A DNA stretch of 64,000 bases from Prochlorococcus sp. AG-409-A10 (GTDB lineage: Bacteria; Cyanobacteriota; Cyanobacteriia; PCC-6307; Cyanobiaceae), in contig QCJG01000008.1 of NCBI GenBank assembly GCA_003216175.1, positions 5,166 through 69,165 on the forward strand, read 5' to 3'. A program made the translations under genes and the position numbers. Each line of letters opens with the position of its first letter. Positions within the stretch are counted from its first letter, which is position 1. Shown piece by piece: positions 60,475-64,000 of this stretch. The notes below the pieces were generated by a model that saw only the letters and a program-made list of their open reading frames with translations, was not told the origin of the DNA and made no database searches.

Positions 60475-60885
60475 ATGCTTACCCTATTTATTTTCATATT
60501 AATCTCAACATTAGTAATTTCCGCCTTGCTTTTTTTTAACAAAGGAGAGAAAGCGCAAGAGATTAAAAGCATTCTCAAAGATATATATGAAAATTTTAAA
60601 GAACTCTTCTCAAATTTTAAAAAGCTTTTTTTGATAGTTAAAGATTTAATTCAATCAAAATTAGATCAAGACCCAACTCAACTGAAAGATGAATCAACCA
60701 AGTCTCAGCCTGAAGCAATCCCTGAACCTGAAGCAATCCCTGAACCTGAAGTAAAACGCCCTGAACCTGAAGTAAACCCTGAACCTGAAGTAAACCCTGA
60801 ACCTGAAATCCTTCCAACTAGCGAATTAGAAATCCCCGCTGAAAATTCAATTGATGACAAGAATATTGATATAAAAATTGAGTGA
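60475..60885 (+). CDS. Single-TM protein with amphipathic helix and Pro-Glu repeat acidic tail
   Basis: TM residues 1-21, KSILKDIYENFKELFSNFKKLF helix, PEPE(A/V)x repeats. Confidence 0.75.
   Translation: MLTLFIFILISTLVISALLFFNKGEKAQEIKSILKDIYENFKELFSNFKKLFLIVKDLIQSKLDQDPTQLKDESTKSQPEAIPEPEAIPEPEVKRPEPEVNPEPEVNPEPEILPTSELEIPAENSIDDKNIDIKIE
60709..60810 (+). repeat. Tandem 18/21-bp repeats with core cctgaacctgaa encoding PEPE(AI/VN/VKR)
   Basis: cctgaacctgaagcaatc, cctgaacctgaagtaaaacgc, cctgaacctgaagtaaac x2, cctgaacctgaaatc. Confidence 0.9.
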
Positions 60886-60904
60886 TTTTTAATTAGATAT
60901 GTTC

Positions 60905-60941
60905 AAAAAAAAAAGCCTCATCAAATTTGATGAGGCTTTTT
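60905..60941. terminator. Bidirectional intrinsic terminator between the convergent PE-repeat gene and pcb
   Basis: A-run + GCCTCATCAAA/TTTGATGAGGC + T-run. Confidence 0.88.
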
Positions 60942-60965
60942 AATTAAAATTTGAGTTTGAATCTA

Positions 60966-62015
60966 CTAATCGTCTGTTGTAGCTAAAGAAGCTACTGATG
61001 AAACAACACGACGGAAATCAAAGCCCATAGCTCTAAGAGCGTGCCAAATGTGACCTTGAATAAAGAAGAACCCAAGATAGTAATGAACATTAGAAAGCCA
61101 GGCACGAGAGGTATGACCACTCACTACACCTGTCATATCTCCAGTATCTATCCAATAAGGGGAAATCCCAAATTTGAGTTCAAGGACTTCTCCATACCAT
61201 GCTTCTGGATAAACAGTTGTATTTGTTGCGCACCAGAAAGCTGCGACTATAGCCATCCAACCAATTCCAGCTAAAGACCAAGAAAGTACAGCTTCTGCTG
61301 ACAAAAGACCTTTACCTTTGAATTCGGTGTATTCACCAATTTGCTTGGTTGCGATATGCCACGCACCTCCACTGATCTGCAAGAAAGCCAAGAAAGCGTG
61401 ACCGCTCATGACTTCTTCAAGACTATCTATCTGGAGGAAATCAAATTGATGGCCATAAACCATGCCAAAGTCTCCATATCCAGGGAACACGGTTCGAACT
61501 GCATCAATAGCAGGATCGTAAATACCATGCCACCTAGCCCATTCAACGAACCAAATATTCGCTACTCCAAAGAAAATCAAATGATGACCAAGAATAAATG
61601 TCTGATTATCAGGATTTTCCCATTCAAGTTTGAATTTCTTGGTTGTTGGGATAGGACCGTCTTTTAGATCAGGGTCAAAAAGCAAAGAGTGCGCAAGGCC
61701 AGCAGATCCATAGACCAATGAAAAGATCAGATGGAAAATACCTATTGTGGCAACGCCTACTCCAGTAAATACTCCAGCCTCATCAAAGCCAATGCCTATC
61801 GAAGCCAAATGAGGGATACTTACCATCCCCTGATGCCCCATAGGGACTTCAGGGTTATAGCGAGCAACCTCCCAAAGGGTGTTAGCACCAGCAGCGAAAC
61901 AAATTAATCCTGTATGAGCAACATGCGAGCCAATGAATCGGCCAGCTCGGTTAGTCACTACAGAATTACCAACCCACCACCCGTAAGTGACGTCTGGATT
62001 TCCATAGCTCTGCAT
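60966..62015 (-). CDS. pcb: Prochlorophyte chlorophyll a/b-binding antenna protein (IsiA/CP43 family)
   Basis: MQSYGNPDVTYGWWVGN, FIGSHVAHTG, ILGHHL, GHAF, NVHYYLGFFFIQGHIWHALRAMGFDF. Confidence 0.97.
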   Translation of the reverse strand: MQSYGNPDVTYGWWVGNSVVTNRAGRFIGSHVAHTGLICFAAGANTLWEVARYNPEVPMGHQGMVSIPHLASIGIGFDEAGVFTGVGVATIGIFHLIFSLVYGSAGLAHSLLFDPDLKDGPIPTTKKFKLEWENPDNQTFILGHHLIFFGVANIWFVEWARWHGIYDPAIDAVRTVFPGYGDFGMVYGHQFDFLQIDSLEEVMSGHAFLAFLQISGGAWHIATKQIGEYTEFKGKGLLSAEAVLSWSLAGIGWMAIVAAFWCATNTTVYPEAWYGEVLELKFGISPYWIDTGDMTGVVSGHTSRAWLSNVHYYLGFFFIQGHIWHALRAMGFDFRRVVSSVASLATTDD

Positions 62016-62093
62016 AATTTTTAAGCAATACAGGCGAGATACCGGTGGAGATTACACTCTGCTCAATTGAAATGTGCAGAATAGTTATAGGTC
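62016..62093 (-). promoter_or_regulatory. pcb promoter/5' leader, copy 1; putative -10 TATTCT at 62078-62083
   Basis: 66/78 ungapped identity with 63333-63410; TAnnnT hexamer at the same position in both copies. Confidence 0.65.
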
Positions 62094-62169
62094 TTTATAG
62101 GTCTTGTCCATTTTTCACAAAAAAAGGCGATTCATTTGGAAATAGAAATTGATTAGTACATAAAAAGAC

Positions 62170-62205
62170 AAAAAAATACCCCCTTTAAAAAGGGGGTATT
62201 TTTTT
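62170..62205 (-). terminator. Intrinsic terminator of the middle pcb
   Basis: Perfect IR AAAAAAATACCCCCTTT-AA-AAAGGGGGTATTTTTTT. Confidence 0.9.
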
Positions 62206-62219
62206 GATTTGATTTTAAA

Positions 62220-63332
62220 TTATCTTGGTGCTCTTCCATTGAAACCAGCTCCCTCAACTCTAATTGTCGCTGATTGCTGGTTACCAAAGGAGTCTTTAAC
62301 CTTAGCGAAGTCAAATCCTAAAGCTCTTAAAGCATGCCAAAAATGACCTTGCAAAAAGAAGAAACCGAAGTAGTAGTGAACATTTACTAAAGCAGCTCGG
62401 GTTGAGTGACCAAAGAAAGCTGTTGAATCAGAAAGATCACCAGTATCCACCCAATATGGGGCTACAGAAAACTGTAATTTCAATGGCTCACCAAACCATT
62501 CTGTTGGATATACGGTTGTGTTAGTTGCGGCCCAAAAAGCAGCAACAATAGCCATCCAACCGATTCCAGCAAGAGACCATGAAAGTACAGCTTCTGCCGA
62601 GAGCAATTCAGCACCTTTAAACTTACTCCATTCGCCTAATCGCTTGTTTTCCCACTGAGTTGAACCTGCAACCATATGGATTGTTGCACCTGTTAATTCA
62701 GCAAAAGCTAGGAAAGCATGACCGCCCATCACATCTTCAAGGCTATCAATTTCAATGAAATCAAATTGACGATTCCAAATCATTGTTAGATCCAAGTTGT
62801 AATTAACTTGTCTGACTGCTCCTATAGCAGGATCGTATATGCCATGTATCCTTGCCCATTCAACAAACCATATACAAGCAACACCAAAGAAAAATAAATG
62901 GTGTCCAAGTATGAAAGTCTGATTGTCTGGGTTTTCCCATTCAAGTTTGAATTTTCTAGCGCGAGGAACTTCGCTTTCTTCTAAATCAGCATCAAAATAA
63001 ACGGCATGAAGAAGAGCTCCTCCTCCATAAACCATTGACAAGATTAAATGAACAATAGCTATTGCAGCTACTCCTACTCCTGTCCAAGCACCAGCTTCAT
63101 CAAAGCCAATGCCTATAGAGGCCAAATGAGCCAAGAATAGTGAGCTCTGATGCCCCATTGGGATCTCAGGGTTATAGCGGGCAAGTTCCCAAAGAGTGCT
63201 TCCACCAGCCGCAAATGCGATTAATCCTGTATGCCCAATATGGGAGGAAATAAATCGGCCTGAGCGGTTGGTGACCACAGAATTACCAGCCCACCAATCA
63301 TAGGTAACATCTGGATTTCCATAGCTCTGCAT
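62220..63332 (-). CDS. pcb: Prochlorophyte chlorophyll a/b-binding antenna protein, long C-terminus paralog
   Basis: MQSYGNPDVTYDWWAGN, SHIGHTG, LGHHL, GHAF, NVHYYFGFFFLQGHFWHALRALGFDF. Confidence 0.97.
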   Translation of the reverse strand: MQSYGNPDVTYDWWAGNSVVTNRSGRFISSHIGHTGLIAFAAGGSTLWELARYNPEIPMGHQSSLFLAHLASIGIGFDEAGAWTGVGVAAIAIVHLILSMVYGGGALLHAVYFDADLEESEVPRARKFKLEWENPDNQTFILGHHLFFFGVACIWFVEWARIHGIYDPAIGAVRQVNYNLDLTMIWNRQFDFIEIDSLEDVMGGHAFLAFAELTGATIHMVAGSTQWENKRLGEWSKFKGAELLSAEAVLSWSLAGIGWMAIVAAFWAATNTTVYPTEWFGEPLKLQFSVAPYWVDTGDLSDSTAFFGHSTRAALVNVHYYFGFFFLQGHFWHALRALGFDFAKVKDSFGNQQSATIRVEGAGFNGRAPR

Positions 63333-63410
63333 AATTTTTAAGCGATACAGGCGAAATATGCGTGCAGATTACACGCTGCTGAAATGATATGTGCAAAATA
63401 GTTAGAGGTC
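63333..63410 (-). promoter_or_regulatory. pcb promoter/5' leader, copy 2; putative -10 TATTTT at 63395-63400
   Basis: Ungapped match to 62016-62093. Confidence 0.65.
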
Positions 63411-63662
63411 GTTATTTAGTTTGACTATTTTTGCCCATTTCAATAATAAAAACGATTTTATTTAAGCCGAGATATCAACTCGAGGAGATAGTAAAAATCT
63501 CCCAGAGTCTAGTTATAGCTTAATTTAAATAGGAAAATTCTCGACTAATTTTTCAAAGAAGCTAAATACACAAGATCCAAACAATATTTGACAAAAATTT
63601 TCAACCTTGTAAAACCAATGAATTTTTTTGAGAATCAAAAAATTAGAAGATAAAAAATTTGC

Positions 63663-63696
63663 AAAAAAAAAGAGAGGATTAAATCTCCTCTCTCTT
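63663..63696 (-). terminator. Intrinsic terminator of the third pcb
   Basis: AGAGAGGA-TTAAATC-TCCTCTCT stem preceded on + by an A9 run (U-tract on the minus strand). Confidence 0.75.
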
Positions 63697-63717
63697 AAAA
63701 ATCAATTTTTTAAAAAA

Positions 63718-64000
63718 TCAATAGAGCTGAGCAGGAAGTGGTTCTTTAAGAACTTTCTTAAAGTCAAATCCCATAGCCCTCAAAGCATGCCATAGATGAC
63801 CTTGGATGAAAAAGAATCCAAAGTAATAATGGACGTTTGCCAAAGCAGCTCTGGTTGTATGACCAAAGAAAGCTGGACCTCCTGAAAGATCAACACTATC
63901 AATCCAATAAGGAGCGACACCAAATTTTAAGATCAATGCTTCTCCATACCAAGCTTCAGGGTAAACAGTTGTATTTTGTGCACACCAGAAAGCTGCAACT
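63718..64000 (-). CDS. pcb: Third pcb antenna gene, 3' part only; the start lies beyond the window
   Basis: Frame open to the window edge: VAAFWCAQNTTVYPEAWYGEALILKFGVAPYW...QGHLWHALRAMGFDFKKVLKEPLPAQLY; the track's start at 63936 is an internal TTG. Confidence 0.95.
   Translation of the reverse strand, partial: VAAFWCAQNTTVYPEAWYGEALILKFGVAPYWIDSVDLSGGPAFFGHTTRAALANVHYYFGFFFIQGHLWHALRAMGFDFKKVLKEPLPAQLY

Noticed and set aside
60342-60578. 78-aa minus-strand ORF
   Set aside because: Overlaps the start of the PE-repeat gene on the opposite strand and the DCC start; no motif.
60709-60810. Regular repeats considered as a CRISPR-like array
   Set aside because: Units are contiguous, in-frame coding repeats with no unique spacers, and no cas genes are present.
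63530-63640. 37-codon TTG-started minus-strand frame between pcb genes
   Set aside because: Short, AT-rich, no start signal or recognisable motif.

Overview
AT-rich Prochlorococcus-type chromosomal DNA. Three tandem pcb antenna genes and the divergence pattern suggest a low-light, NATL-like lineage; this is inferred from recalled gene content and was not searched. About 55 kb (1-55,850) is densely packed core genome: rimI, clpC, cdsA, malQ, prs, pepN, sasA, tRNA-Glu, petH-zwf-opcA-cobB, crtE, folD, leuA, crtL, gyrA, guaB-Yfr1-trxA-hisH, petG, cytM, chlI-ruvC-sufE-hom and a peptide ABC transporter pair. From about 55,870 to 60,900 there is a small island of short genes (DUF2834, PfkB kinase, pentapeptide-repeat protein, MIF tautomerase, a doubly frameshifted DCC thiol-disulfide oxidoreductase, a Pro-Glu repeat membrane protein). 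The pcb array follows and runs off the end of the window. The ORF track missed tRNA-Glu(UUC), the Yfr1 sRNA, petG, a 55-aa membrane ORF and the DCC pseudogene. I saw no integrase, transposase, CRISPR array, prophage or defence system, and I cannot claim a complete new system. The best leads are: a CpcS/CpeS-like bilin-lyase-fold gene divergent from sasA; an FNR whose N-terminus is a predicted membrane anchor plus Pro-Ala-Lys tether, with a possible internal start; an ungapped 78-nt promoter/leader shared by two pcb paralogs, with a 10-bp tandem repeat on only one; and a palindrome-dense, apparently decaying locus between malQ and prs.
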